Below are positions 26,969 to 36,866 of a DNA stretch of 64,000 nucleotides, one piece after another. The notes under the pieces are model-generated. The model searched no databases. It was not told where the DNA came from and saw only the letters and a program-made list of their open reading frames with translations. Position numbers and translations under genes: made by a program. This stretch comes from a virus: the IMG/VR virus record IMGVR_UViG_3300014024_000003; one strand, given 5' to 3'. Within the stretch, counting starts at the first letter, position 1. Every line of letters starts with the position of its first letter.

Positions 26969-27769
26969 TTGATGTATTACCACCCTTTTTACTCATTCCT
27001 GTCCGAAAATGCTGAAACACAAACGCATGACTGCGCCTGCTTTGTGAAACAGCGTCATAAGAAAAATACACTTGAAGTTTTCACGGATTACTCTTCCCCA
27101 AAGGTGCGGGAGTTTGTACAGGATGTACCTGATATTTTGCAGAGTTTTGCAGAGAAAACGAACAAGTTCTTTGATTACGCTTTAGATTTGTGCCGCATTA
27201 CAGAGATGCAGGAAATGGTACGCGATGATGACGGGCAAGAGTATGAAGAAACGATCCTCAAAGTCGATTATGAAGGTACCGACGTTGAAGGTGAAGTATG
27301 TAAGTTCACCCTGACTCTGAAGATTTTCGGTGCGGGTTTTGAGCTGATTAAACCGCAAGTTGACTCCCGAGGTAATGTTTTTGAGCTGATTACAGGGTAT
27401 GGCCGTAATCCGCGTACTGGGCAGGTGGTGCGTTACGGTGGTTCACCTCTTGTTGATACTGCTTATGCTGAGGAGCTTCGTGAGGTTTCCCGTGCATTGT
27501 GGAATGTTGCACAAGAGAAGACCGGTTTGGGGTTCAGGTCTGTGGCTTTTACCCCGAAGTTGAAGCGTGATGGTGTTTTGACGAATACCCGTTTCCATAT
27601 CAATGTACCGGTATCGCTTCAGACGAATGAGACGTTGAAGTCTTTTGTGAAAACGAAGAATAGTAATGGTTATGAGGGAATGTATTTTGATTTGGCGGGT
27701 TTAGTTGAGTTGGAGTTTATAAATCCTTATGCTGATTCGTTTGGGAGTTTTTCTTCTTTAGCTGCATAG
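26969..27769 (+). CDS. hypothetical protein
   Basis: 266-aa ORF followed by a terminator. Confidence 0.7.
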   Translation: MMYYHPFYSFLSENAETQTHDCACFVKQRHKKNTLEVFTDYSSPKVREFVQDVPDILQSFAEKTNKFFDYALDLCRITEMQEMVRDDDGQEYEETILKVDYEGTDVEGEVCKFTLTLKIFGAGFELIKPQVDSRGNVFELITGYGRNPRTGQVVRYGGSPLVDTAYAEELREVSRALWNVAQEKTGLGFRSVAFTPKLKRDGVLTNTRFHINVPVSLQTNETLKSFVKTKNSNGYEGMYFDLAGLVELEFINPYADSFGSFSSLAA

Positions 27770-27786
27770 ATTCTGTATTTCTTGAA

Positions 27787-27825
27787 GGCAACGCGGTATT
27801 TTTGGCAGGTACCGCGTTGTTTTTG
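27787..27825 (+). terminator. intrinsic terminator containing GGTACCGC
   Basis: CAACGCGGTA...TACCGCGTTG stem plus T run. Confidence 0.7.
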
Positions 27826-27882
27826 TGTGGTTTAGGACTTTATAATGGAAAAGTATGTATATGAGGTTCAGGTTTTAAGGTT

Positions 27883-28515
27883 ATGTTAGGTTCTACCCTT
27901 CGCGCGTGTTTTGATATTGATTATGTGACAGAGTTGGTGCCTGTGCGTGTGGGGCAGTGCTCGTGTTCTTTTTGCACGTCTCACCGGTTAGGGTCTTTTG
28001 AGGTGGGGCAGCTTTACCCGGTATCGTCCTCTTCTGTGAAGGGTGCGGATCGTCAGTTTCAGGTGATAACGGCGCGTGGGGTTTTCTTGTGTGATGCGTC
28101 CGGTTCGGTGTTGGATCGTCAGGGTAAGTTTTTGAGTTTGTGTCAGTTCACCGGTAAGCGTGTACAGGGTTTTGTACAGGTGGTGGATATTTCCAAGGGT
28201 TTCACTGAGGGTAAGAACCGTGATGCGGTGTTTATGGTGGCGTATCGTGTTGAGCAGATTCTTTGCAGTGTTTTATGTGAACTTGGTTTTGATCCGGTGT
28301 TTGCTTTATCGTCGTGTTCGGCTTTAGGTTTTTCTAATCTCACGGATGTGAATATAGCACGTTGTTTGGGATTGAAGGATGGTATCGCTTCCCGCAAAGT
28401 TTCTTCTGCGGCGTTGTGTAAAGATGTTTCGTTTGTTCGTCTTGTTCGTGATTATGTTCGTATGTCCCGAGTTCTTGACAATATTATGGGAAGTTTGAAT
28501 TTTAATTTAAATTAA
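27883..28515 (+). CDS. hypothetical Cys-rich protein
   Basis: CSCSFC motif; TATAAT at 27841. Confidence 0.6.
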   Translation: MLGSTLRACFDIDYVTELVPVRVGQCSCSFCTSHRLGSFEVGQLYPVSSSSVKGADRQFQVITARGVFLCDASGSVLDRQGKFLSLCQFTGKRVQGFVQVVDISKGFTEGKNRDAVFMVAYRVEQILCSVLCELGFDPVFALSSCSALGFSNLTDVNIARCLGLKDGIASRKVSSAALCKDVSFVRLVRDYVRMSRVLDNIMGSLNFNLN

Positions 28516-28625
28516 TGTGAAGGATTTTCTGTTTGGTTTGATTTTCTTTTCTTGGTATTATTTTAAATGTACAAATTCATGTACTCCATTTTGTCCCAGG
28601 TAATAATCAAGAAAGAAGTTCAATT

Positions 28626-30203
28626 ATGGCTATCTCTTTCAACGCGAACGCACTACAGGCGCTCAATCAGTCCGCCGCAAACCAGGATGATTTCTCCCGC
28701 CGCCAGTGGAATAACTCACCGGTAGAAGATGAGTCACGTCCTCTCTTCAGTGTGACTAAATCCTTCCGAGAGGAATGGGGTAAGGATGTTTACCCCGGAC
28801 AGCTTGCTTTCTTTTATATTCCTCCTAAGGAACTTTTCTCACACTATGTTGTTCAAAACGGTACTGACGAGGAAGGTAACCCGCTGCCGCCACTGATGGG
28901 TACCGGTTGTGCTTTTGTACATAAGCATCAGATTCGTATCACGAATGAGAGCACCCGTAAGCTGGTTGAGGGTCGTGATGGAAAAGATGCACCGAAGATG
29001 TCCGTAGCATGTACTAAAGGGTTTGAGTACTCAGATCATGAACACACTTTTGACGGTAACTGCGCAGTCTGCTCTTTGGTGGAGAATATCGGTACTTTTG
29101 TGAACGAAGCTGTGAAGCTCAAAGGTGAAGATATGGGTTTCACTTCCGAGCAGATGTACGAAGGTAACCGATATATTCCTTCACTGCGTGATGAGTGGAA
29201 GAAACTCCGTAACGATTCTCGTTTCGATGTGGCTTCAGAGCGTCGTACCGCTGAGCTGTATTTCCCGGTCGCTCTGATGTTTGTGGCTAATGATCCGAAG
29301 ACTAATCAGATGCAGACCCATGTTAAGTTGATGTACCTGCGTATGAACCTTGCTCGTTACCTTGACCTCTTGAAGGAAAAGGCTAATATCGGTAAGGATA
29401 TGTTCAGCGTAGCGCCTCAGGATAATCAGATTGATTACTCTGAGATTCGCCTGACGAAGCTCAACGAATATCCTGAAGGTCTTGAGGACACATGGCTTCG
29501 TGTACAGTTTGCTGCTGTACCCCAAGGTCCGAATATGGCACGTGACGCTATGAAGGGTGCGAAGTGGTCTATTGAGCGCGACAGTAATCCTGAAGTTCTG
29601 AATGCTCAGGCTCAGAAGGTGAAGGAAATGTTCGCTCAGGATATTGCGGATGCGAAAGCTAACACTCCTGAAGGTGAAGAAGTTCATACATGGGGTGTGG
29701 CTGATATTCTCTGGAATATCAAGGAATGCCAGATGCGTGATGTTAATGAAATGGAACTTGTTGTAGAGGTACCGCGCGCTTCACTTGAGGTTGAGAAGTC
29801 ACGTTACTTTGCTGATCGTGAGTCTCGTAAGCAGGGAAACACTGGTGTGAGCCAGCTTTCTCTCGGTTTGGCAGCCGCCCCAGCGGGTAATGTTCAGCCT
29901 ACCGCTCCTGCTCAGGTTGGTGGCGCTCCGGCTCCCCAGGCTCCTCAGGTTGCTCCGGCGGCTGTTGAAGCTGCCCCGGCTCCCGTGCAGACAGCACCCA
30001 CTGCTCCTGCACCTGCCCCGGCTGCAAGTCAGGTTGCGAGCGCACCTGTTGCTCCTGTAGCGTCAGTTGCCCCTACTGCTCCTACAACACCGGCGGCTAA
30101 TAATTCTGTGGAAGCGTTGCTTGGTACTGCTCCGGTACAGCCTGAACAGGCAGCACCTACCGCTCCGGTTGCAAATGATGTGACTGCTCAGCTCGGTTTG
30201 TAG
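28626..30203 (+). CDS. probable gp32-like ssDNA-binding protein with Ala/Pro-rich tail
   Basis: HKH...VACT...CAVC zinc-ligand spacing like T4 gp32; own promoter and terminator; long disordered tail. Confidence 0.5.
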   Translation: MAISFNANALQALNQSAANQDDFSRRQWNNSPVEDESRPLFSVTKSFREEWGKDVYPGQLAFFYIPPKELFSHYVVQNGTDEEGNPLPPLMGTGCAFVHKHQIRITNESTRKLVEGRDGKDAPKMSVACTKGFEYSDHEHTFDGNCAVCSLVENIGTFVNEAVKLKGEDMGFTSEQMYEGNRYIPSLRDEWKKLRNDSRFDVASERRTAELYFPVALMFVANDPKTNQMQTHVKLMYLRMNLARYLDLLKEKANIGKDMFSVAPQDNQIDYSEIRLTKLNEYPEGLEDTWLRVQFAAVPQGPNMARDAMKGAKWSIERDSNPEVLNAQAQKVKEMFAQDIADAKANTPEGEEVHTWGVADILWNIKECQMRDVNEMELVVEVPRASLEVEKSRYFADRESRKQGNTGVSQLSLGLAAAPAGNVQPTAPAQVGGAPAPQAPQVAPAAVEAAPAPVQTAPTAPAPAPAASQVASAPVAPVASVAPTAPTTPAANNSVEALLGTAPVQPEQAAPTAPVANDVTAQLGL

Positions 30204-30216
30204 TCTATTTCAGTGG

Positions 30217-30257
30217 ACGGGGTTAGTGTTCTTCACGGGCACTAACCCCGTATTTTT
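30217..30257 (+). terminator. intrinsic terminator
   Basis: ACGGGGTTAGTG/CACTAACCCCGT perfect 12-bp stem plus T run. Confidence 0.85.
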
Positions 30258-30267
30258 GTGAAGGTTT

Positions 30268-30996
30268 ATGATGTTTTCTCCTGATTCATTATTTAAAGGT
30301 TTTCACCCTGATTACGATAGTTTTTACACGGTTCCGTGGGAGGCTTTACGTGAGATTCATTCAATCAAAGATGATATGGATTCTTATGAGGTTGTTATTG
30401 GTGATTTTATTGTTGAAGATATAAACGCTTTCCAAGATAATTTATTATCTGGCTACATACCGTTAAGTACTCACCTACGTATCGAGTTGAAAACAAGGGT
30501 TCTTAATAATATTCTTCTTAAGTATTTTGGGTTGGGTGTTGTCAGTTTCGTTATTGTTCTTGCAATGATGTTTCAGTTTGGTTTTAAGAATATGGAACCT
30601 CAGAACATAATGACCGGAACTATTTTATCGTTTATACCTATACTGTTTTTCGGCATTGTTGGTATTTTTCAAAATTCCCGTTATTCTAAAGAAGCTATTA
30701 GTTATTATAATGTTGAAGAAGTAAAACTATCTGAAATGTACAATGTTCTTGATTCTTCTAATCAAGAAATTTTACGCAATTGGTTGAGTATTATACGCGG
30801 TATGCGTAGTGATGTTTTACAGATTACAACGTTTGACAATCTTTCATCTGATGTTGTTCTGTTTTTGCGTGATTCTTCTGAGTTCGTTGAAGGTATCAGG
30901 TATGCCTATAATAATGTTAGTAACATTAACTCTTTACAGAAACGCTATCTGTATCTACGGAAACAATACCAATCCCTAACGGACGGTATTTATTAG
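30268..30996 (+). CDS. two-TM membrane protein
   Basis: Two central hydrophobic helices; AT-rich. Confidence 0.7.
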   Translation: MMFSPDSLFKGFHPDYDSFYTVPWEALREIHSIKDDMDSYEVVIGDFIVEDINAFQDNLLSGYIPLSTHLRIELKTRVLNNILLKYFGLGVVSFVIVLAMMFQFGFKNMEPQNIMTGTILSFIPILFFGIVGIFQNSRYSKEAISYYNVEEVKLSEMYNVLDSSNQEILRNWLSIIRGMRSDVLQITTFDNLSSDVVLFLRDSSEFVEGIRYAYNNVSNINSLQKRYLYLRKQYQSLTDGIY

Positions 30997-31010
30997 AAGG
31001 ATATAAAGAC

Positions 31011-31676
31011 ATGCGAACACCTTATGTCACACAAACCCCGTACAATTTTGTGCGAGAACTACTCAATCAAGACGATCTGAAAAACATGCTGGAAGCGCTC
31101 AAAGCGTACCGCCGAGGAACCGTCAGAAGCGGCTCTATCTCAGGTCTACCAACTCCCTTATGCGAGCAGCAGACGAAATATAAGTATGTGATTCGTGATA
31201 ACCAAGAGTATTGGCGACTATACGCCCTCACCTGGCGTAACCTTCTGATCCGTTGCTTAAACGAGTCTGTGCGTCGCACACGGGTTTCCGCCCGCCCTTA
31301 CGGTATCGCCTTCAAACCGTCGGTACCGATCCCGGCGCGTGTGGATGATTATACGTTCCCTGTACTTTCGGTTTTTTATGAGCCAGCAGTGTACGAGTAT
31401 TTGAAGGAGCTGTTCGAGCAGACCGGCGGTGAACCATTTCAGACGTATATTCAGTTCGGTGAGTCGTACCGTTTAGTGAACTTTAAGGTGACGCAGGAAG
31501 GTTTGTACATTTCTAGCGCACCGTCTCAGTGGGTGCATCATTCAGCGTTGAAGTCGATCATCACGGCAGCGCACCGCATGGGGTACTCTATTTTCTGGAA
31601 TGAAGGTTCTTCCATCACACATATAGGTAATACCGGGTTCCGCAGAATTTTCCCGCAGCGTCTTTATCAACAGTAA
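31011..31676 (+). CDS. hypothetical protein
   Basis: GAAGGA RBS, 221 aa. Confidence 0.7.
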   Translation: MRTPYVTQTPYNFVRELLNQDDLKNMLEALKAYRRGTVRSGSISGLPTPLCEQQTKYKYVIRDNQEYWRLYALTWRNLLIRCLNESVRRTRVSARPYGIAFKPSVPIPARVDDYTFPVLSVFYEPAVYEYLKELFEQTGGEPFQTYIQFGESYRLVNFKVTQEGLYISSAPSQWVHHSALKSIITAAHRMGYSIFWNEGSSITHIGNTGFRRIFPQRLYQQ

Positions 31677-31706
31677 GTTTTCAAGGTTAGGTTAGGTGTA
31701 GTTGTT

Positions 31707-33029
31707 ATGGCTGTTTACGCTGATATTTCCAGTGTCCGCGTCACTAATTTTATGAGTTATAAGGATTCGACGGTAACTTTTGACCGTGAGGGTGATACGC
31801 GAAATATCCTCAAGTTTGAGGGGCGTAACGACACGGGTAAGAGCGCTTTCTCCCTGGCCGCCCTGCTGGTGCTGACGAATGCGTATTATACGGAGCATAA
31901 GAATTATATCCGCTCGGGCGAAGAATTTTTCCGTGTGGTTCTTACGTTCGTTGATGGTGTTGTAGTGGTGTACGAGAAGAACATCTCGGGCGCGTCCTTT
32001 TATGACCTCTATAAACGTGAAGGCGATCAGGTAAACGCTACACCTATTTTCCGTCGAGAGAGTGAAACAGGTATCGCCCGCGCTTTTGATGTGGTGCAGA
32101 ACGCGACACGTCTCTTCTCTACCCGTTTTGAGGGGGAGGCTTCGGACGATTTCTATTTCGCTAAGTCGGTGAAGGAAGTACCATACCGCCTACAACAGTA
32201 TTTTGGGATGCTTTCGACGAGTGATGGTTTATCGGTGAATTATGCGGACGCTAACTCACCGAAGCTGGGTGTGAATACAACGGGTTCTGAGAACGCGAAG
32301 ATTCTCAATGAGGTTCTTCAGGCGCGCTCTTTGACGTTGGCTAATGAACGCGCGAACCGTCATGTTTTGGATACTCAAGCGCAGCTCGCTTCTCAACGTG
32401 AATTGTTTAACGTGTTGAAGGAGGAGACACAACGGTACGCACAGGTATCGCAGGAGTTAGTCTCAGCGGTTGGTGCTGAACGCGAGCACGCAATAGCGGT
32501 GCAGGAGAGGTTGCAGGTATCGTCATCGGTGGCTGAGGTGGTTTCTCATGCCGCGCAGGCGCAGGTGTTACCTGCGGTTCCTCAGGTGGGTGAGGCTGTT
32601 CAACAGCAGGTTTCCATGTTGGCTTCGGTTCAGCAGGTGGTTCAAGGAGCAGTATCGGCTGTGACGGTTCCTCAGTTTCCGGTGGTTGATGCTGATGCGG
32701 TACGGCAGATGCAGGATTCGGCGCAGGTTTCTTCTCTCATAGATCAGGCACAGCGTGTTTTGGTGTTCCCGCCGGTTCCGCAGGTTCAGTATCAGGATGT
32801 GCAGGCGTTGGAGCAGGTTTCGGCTGCGGTTCGTTTATGCGAGTCGGCGGCGCAGCAGGTTTCGGTACGTGATCGCGCGCAAGGGGAGTTTGAGCAGGTG
32901 CAGCAGCAGGTTTCGGCTGTGGTGGATTTTTTGCGTGGGGACGGGCTCACGGTATCGCGCTGTGGTAACTGCGGTTCGGTGCGTGTGGTTGATGCTGACG
33001 GTCAAGAGCTTATCTCGGATGAGTGCTGA
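31707..33029 (+). CDS. sbcC: SbcC/Rad50-like ATPase, N-terminal half
   Basis: VTNFMSY, Walker A GRNDTGKS, coiled coil, ends just after CGNCG zinc-hook motif. Confidence 0.8.
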   Translation: MAVYADISSVRVTNFMSYKDSTVTFDREGDTRNILKFEGRNDTGKSAFSLAALLVLTNAYYTEHKNYIRSGEEFFRVVLTFVDGVVVVYEKNISGASFYDLYKREGDQVNATPIFRRESETGIARAFDVVQNATRLFSTRFEGEASDDFYFAKSVKEVPYRLQQYFGMLSTSDGLSVNYADANSPKLGVNTTGSENAKILNEVLQARSLTLANERANRHVLDTQAQLASQRELFNVLKEETQRYAQVSQELVSAVGAEREHAIAVQERLQVSSSVAEVVSHAAQAQVLPAVPQVGEAVQQQVSMLASVQQVVQGAVSAVTVPQFPVVDADAVRQMQDSAQVSSLIDQAQRVLVFPPVPQVQYQDVQALEQVSAAVRLCESAAQQVSVRDRAQGEFEQVQQQVSAVVDFLRGDGLTVSRCGNCGSVRVVDADGQELISDEC

Positions 33030-33073
33030 TAATGTCTAACTGAGGTTTGTTGTTTCTTTCCACTTTAAAGAGG

Positions 33074-33130
33074 CTTCGTATACGCTTTTGTATAGGTTAT
33101 TTATGAAAGTGTATACGGAGTTTTTCTGTT
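33074..33130 (+). terminator. probable terminator
   Basis: CGTATACGCTTTTGTA...TATGAAAGTGTATACG stem with G-U pairs and T run. Confidence 0.55.
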
Positions 33131-33179
33131 TTTCAAGTGTTATACTGTAATTAGATTTGGTAGTAAATTTAGGAGTTTT

Positions 33180-33302
33180 ATGTGGTCTTTTGTTGGTAAC
33201 ACTCTGGTTTCTGGTGCTTACTTTTGTCACCATGTTTCAACTGGTGCGAAAGATGTAGTTGCATCATGTCAGAGTAAGCTATCTGATCTTCTTTTTCTTT
33301 AG
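33180..33302 (+). CDS. 40-aa small ORF not in the ORF track
   Basis: TGTTATACT at 33138 and AGGAG RBS at 33171; MWSFVGNTLVSGAYFCHHVSTGAKDVVASCQSKLSDLLFL. Confidence 0.4.
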   Translation: MWSFVGNTLVSGAYFCHHVSTGAKDVVASCQSKLSDLLFL

Positions 33303-33330
33303 AAAATATATCTTCTGAAAGGATTCCATT

Positions 33331-33636
33331 ATGTTCGATATTATCAATAGCTTCCTAGTCTTTGGTTTCGACGTTTTCAATAACATCATCCATACCGCAA
33401 GTACAGTTTCACAGTCCTTAGGTTTTCAGCAGGAAAATTTTCCTGATTTCGCGCAGTGGGCGGGTATGGTGTTCTCCGCTGGTTCACCTGATCTTGAGCA
33501 TGTGCAACGTATGGTTGAGATGGAGCAACAGATGCGCTCGCACACTATCGAACCTCACGTGGTAGAGAGTATTAAGGCTTCCGCTCTCGGCGGCGTATCA
33601 GTTACCGATATTGCAGCTTCAACACTGCACTTATAA
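33331..33636 (+). CDS. hypothetical protein
   Basis: GAAAGGA RBS, 101 aa. Confidence 0.65.
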   Translation: MFDIINSFLVFGFDVFNNIIHTASTVSQSLGFQQENFPDFAQWAGMVFSAGSPDLEHVQRMVEMEQQMRSHTIEPHVVESIKASALGGVSVTDIAASTLHL

Positions 33637-33680
33637 ATACCTCTACTGAATAACTACACTCTGGAAGGATATAAGAGCAC

Positions 33681-34829
33681 ATGAGTACTTTAGGTGAGGA
33701 GAAGGTACAGTATATCTCCCCTACCCCTGTCTCAGACCTGTGGAATAAAACAGCCCAGGTATCGCGCGGTCTCGGGAATGATGTAAATGCAGTCAATGAG
33801 ACGGTGCAGGCTGGCGCGCACATTATTATCGGTGATACACACTTCTCCCCTAAACAGGTTTCGTCCCATCACGATTACCGCGCATCATCTTTACGCTTGA
33901 TGATACATATTGTGCGCCTTCTTCAAGATTTGAAGAAGCAGTACCGCTCGATAGCGGTCACGTTTCTCGGGGATATTGTGGGGACGAAGGAGAATAACCC
34001 CGCCGATCCGCAGTTTAGGTTCGAGCTGTTCAACTTCTTCCGCCTCATTAACTCTATCTGCGAGTCTGTAACGACGGTGCGTGGTAACCACGATTTCGGT
34101 GAAAACCCTATGTTTGCAGAGCTTGAGGTTGCTGGATTTGTAACTAACCCAAAGTGGTTGGATGTGCAGTTTGAGGTATCGCCCGGAATGATGGAGACGG
34201 TACGTTACCATCTGGTAAATTATGGCAACGCGAAGTCTGCTTCGTTTGATTTCGGTAATGTTGATTATCAGATCGCGTTATGTCACCAAGAGCTTCAAAT
34301 TCCAGGGTATTCATGGTATGACGGTAAAGATGCGGTGGATGCTACAAGTTTGACGAATTTTAAGGGTTTGTCGCTGGTGGTGTGCGGGCATCTTCATGAA
34401 CCGTGGCGTTCGTTTGAGACGTTCCCTATTGCCGCTGGTTTGGATGAGGCTTCTGAGTGTGAGATGTTTTATCCGGGTTCTCCTGCACGTGTAGCTCGGA
34501 CGGAGAATTATAACGATTGCAAATATGTTTTGACAACGGTTCAGAATGGTGCAGTGGATGTGAGTGTTCATGATTTCGGTTTGTGGCCGGCTTCCGAGGA
34601 GTTTATCGGTGATACGTCTGATAATTTCGATAAGCATGTGAATGATGTTCCTGAGGAGGAGTCTCGTAGGCGTGAGGCTTTGAGTGAGATTTTTGCTACT
34701 CTTGCTGAGAATCCTGTTTCAGCTTTTAATGTTCCTGAGGCAATTGGTCTTATTGCACCTTCTGAGGAAGTTAAGGATGTTGCTTTGAATCATTATGAGT
34801 TAGCTCAAAATGATTTAGTTGAGCAGTAG
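33681..34829 (+). CDS. sbcD: Mre11/SbcD-like metallophosphoesterase nuclease
   Basis: GDTH, LGD, GNHD, LCH, GHLH, YPGSP. Confidence 0.88.
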   Translation: MSTLGEEKVQYISPTPVSDLWNKTAQVSRGLGNDVNAVNETVQAGAHIIIGDTHFSPKQVSSHHDYRASSLRLMIHIVRLLQDLKKQYRSIAVTFLGDIVGTKENNPADPQFRFELFNFFRLINSICESVTTVRGNHDFGENPMFAELEVAGFVTNPKWLDVQFEVSPGMMETVRYHLVNYGNAKSASFDFGNVDYQIALCHQELQIPGYSWYDGKDAVDATSLTNFKGLSLVVCGHLHEPWRSFETFPIAAGLDEASECEMFYPGSPARVARTENYNDCKYVLTTVQNGAVDVSVHDFGLWPASEEFIGDTSDNFDKHVNDVPEEESRRREALSEIFATLAENPVSAFNVPEAIGLIAPSEEVKDVALNHYELAQNDLVEQ

Positions 34830-34898
34830 TTTAGTTGTTCATTATATTTTGTGTGATATTTTAGTATCAATAGTTTTCACATCTGAAAGGATATAACC

Positions 34899-35558
34899 GT
34901 GTCAAGCCAGGATACCGTAACCGAACTTCGTACTCTGCTACAGCAACAGAACACGTTACAGCAGCAAGTCGCGCAACACAACGCTAACGCAGAAGCGACA
35001 CGCCGTAACGCGATTGAATCTATCAAGAAGTATGACGAAGCCTACGGAACCGATCTTCTCAAGCACGCGGGTGAGAATCAGCAGAACCTCCCACAGGTTC
35101 TTGAGGTTCTTCAGCAGCATATGGCGAAGCATAATGCGCAGGTGCAAGAGTCGGCACAGAAAGTTCAGCGGTATCTTGCGCTGTATCAGGCAGGGGATTA
35201 TGCCGCTCTGAACCGCGAGTTCGGTACTGGGGAAGAGGTATCCGAAGAACAATCTCAGGTAACGCCTGCAACTGTTTCTGCTGCCCCTGTATCTCAGACT
35301 ATTCAGGTACCACAGAACATACAAGCACCTCAGGTTGGTTTTCCTGCTCATGCTGAGGTTCCTGCAACTTCGGGATCGGGTAGCAGTCATTCTGTGGAGT
35401 CCCTGTTTAGTATGCCGCAGGTACCCGCCTCGGAGCCTACTTCAACTCCGCAGCCTAGTTCAGTACCTTCCACTGAATCTTCCGATAATTCAGAAGGTTC
35501 CTTTGATTTGTGGTCGCAGCTGAATCAGGGTACACCTGAGGATGGACAGATAGGGTAG
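34899..35558 (+). CDS. coiled-coil protein with disordered tail
   Basis: Q/L-rich heptads; GAAAGGA RBS; between sbcD and the sbcC C-half. Confidence 0.65.
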   Translation: MSSQDTVTELRTLLQQQNTLQQQVAQHNANAEATRRNAIESIKKYDEAYGTDLLKHAGENQQNLPQVLEVLQQHMAKHNAQVQESAQKVQRYLALYQAGDYAALNREFGTGEEVSEEQSQVTPATVSAAPVSQTIQVPQNIQAPQVGFPAHAEVPATSGSGSSHSVESLFSMPQVPASEPTSTPQPSSVPSTESSDNSEGSFDLWSQLNQGTPEDGQIG

Positions 35559-35565
35559 CGGTTTC

Positions 35566-36849
35566 ATGAGTAATTCTGTAGTTTTACCTTATTCTGCTTT
35601 TAAAGATTTTCTGGATTTATGCGGTAAGTTCAAGGTTGACAAAGCAGGTAATGCTGCGGTTGTGATGAAAGTTGATCCCTTCCTTTCCGAAGGTTTGAGT
35701 AAGGTACCTTTGAATGTTCAGTTTTCTTTGGTGAGCGGTGTTCGTATTCATCATAAGGTGCCCTCAAGTCAGGTATCGCTTGAGGGTGATGAGCCGTGGA
35801 TTTTTCAGATTTCTGTTCCGAACTTTTTCCCTTTGTTCGGGTCTTTGACAACTTATCCGTGGGTTCGTTTGCGAACTGAAGGTGAGTCAATATCTGTTGA
35901 ATTTTTTGAAGATGAAGTAACTGGTTCTTCACGTTCGGTTATGTCACTTTCACTTGATTGTGTAAAAATGACACCTGCTCTTCTACAGAGTTTGGAGTTT
36001 GATGAACCTACAAGTACTTTTGATGTAGATGCTTCTGATTTACATAATAGTGTTTCACTTTTGCGTACTACTTTGAAGGATAGCGGCGTAGGTTCTAAGG
36101 TTTATTTTGGTGATAAGTTTGTTTTCACATTTGATAGTAGTATTACAAACTATTTTGTAACACCGTCTTCTAACCTTTCTGGTTGGATTCTTAACGCTAA
36201 TTCTGTCAGCGTTCTAGAATCTCTCACTAAGCAAGTTATCAAGGAAGCAAACGGTGAGTCCGAAAATAAACCTACGTTGAAATGCTTCGTGGAGCGTCAT
36301 CAGGACACACAACAACTCATGCGGGTTCACCTGTTTTACACCTCTACTGATGGTTCCCGTATAACATATGTCTCTTTAGATAACATAGGTAAGTTGATCC
36401 AAGCTGAGGATATTATCACATCGGTACTGCCTTTAGAGTCGGAGGTTTCCCAAGAGTCGTACAACCCCGCTACAGGTGTTCATTCCTCGGTTACGGTATT
36501 GAGCACTCAGCTGCGGCATCTTCTAGCTGATATGCTATCCGCGTGCAAGATTACGACATATACTTCTGTGTCTCAGTCTTTTGTGAAAGATAATGCAGGT
36601 ACTCGTGTTGATTATTCGACAATGCGTACTCAAGGTAGTATCAAGGCGAAAGAGATTTTTGGAGCAGTTGAGCAGGTATCGCTTTCCATTGATATTAAAT
36701 TGTTGGTGAAACTTTTGTTTGTTCCTGACAAATTTATGGAAGATGGTTTGTTAGTTCAACACTATTTCATTAAAGATGGTGTTGTTCTTATTCACACCAC
36801 AGATAAGGATAATACGTGGGGTAGTATTGTAAATACCTACAACCGTTAA
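35566..36849 (+). CDS. possible sliding-clamp (beta/PCNA-fold)-like protein
   Basis: 427 aa with repeating beta-helix-beta pattern (VVLPYSAFKDFL, FDVDASDLHNSV, VTVLSTQLRHLL, LSIDIKLLVKLL). Confidence 0.4.
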   Translation: MSNSVVLPYSAFKDFLDLCGKFKVDKAGNAAVVMKVDPFLSEGLSKVPLNVQFSLVSGVRIHHKVPSSQVSLEGDEPWIFQISVPNFFPLFGSLTTYPWVRLRTEGESISVEFFEDEVTGSSRSVMSLSLDCVKMTPALLQSLEFDEPTSTFDVDASDLHNSVSLLRTTLKDSGVGSKVYFGDKFVFTFDSSITNYFVTPSSNLSGWILNANSVSVLESLTKQVIKEANGESENKPTLKCFVERHQDTQQLMRVHLFYTSTDGSRITYVSLDNIGKLIQAEDIITSVLPLESEVSQESYNPATGVHSSVTVLSTQLRHLLADMLSACKITTYTSVSQSFVKDNAGTRVDYSTMRTQGSIKAKEIFGAVEQVSLSIDIKLLVKLLFVPDKFMEDGLLVQHYFIKDGVVLIHTTDKDNTWGSIVNTYNR

Positions 36850-36866
36850 ATCTGAAAGGTTTTCTC

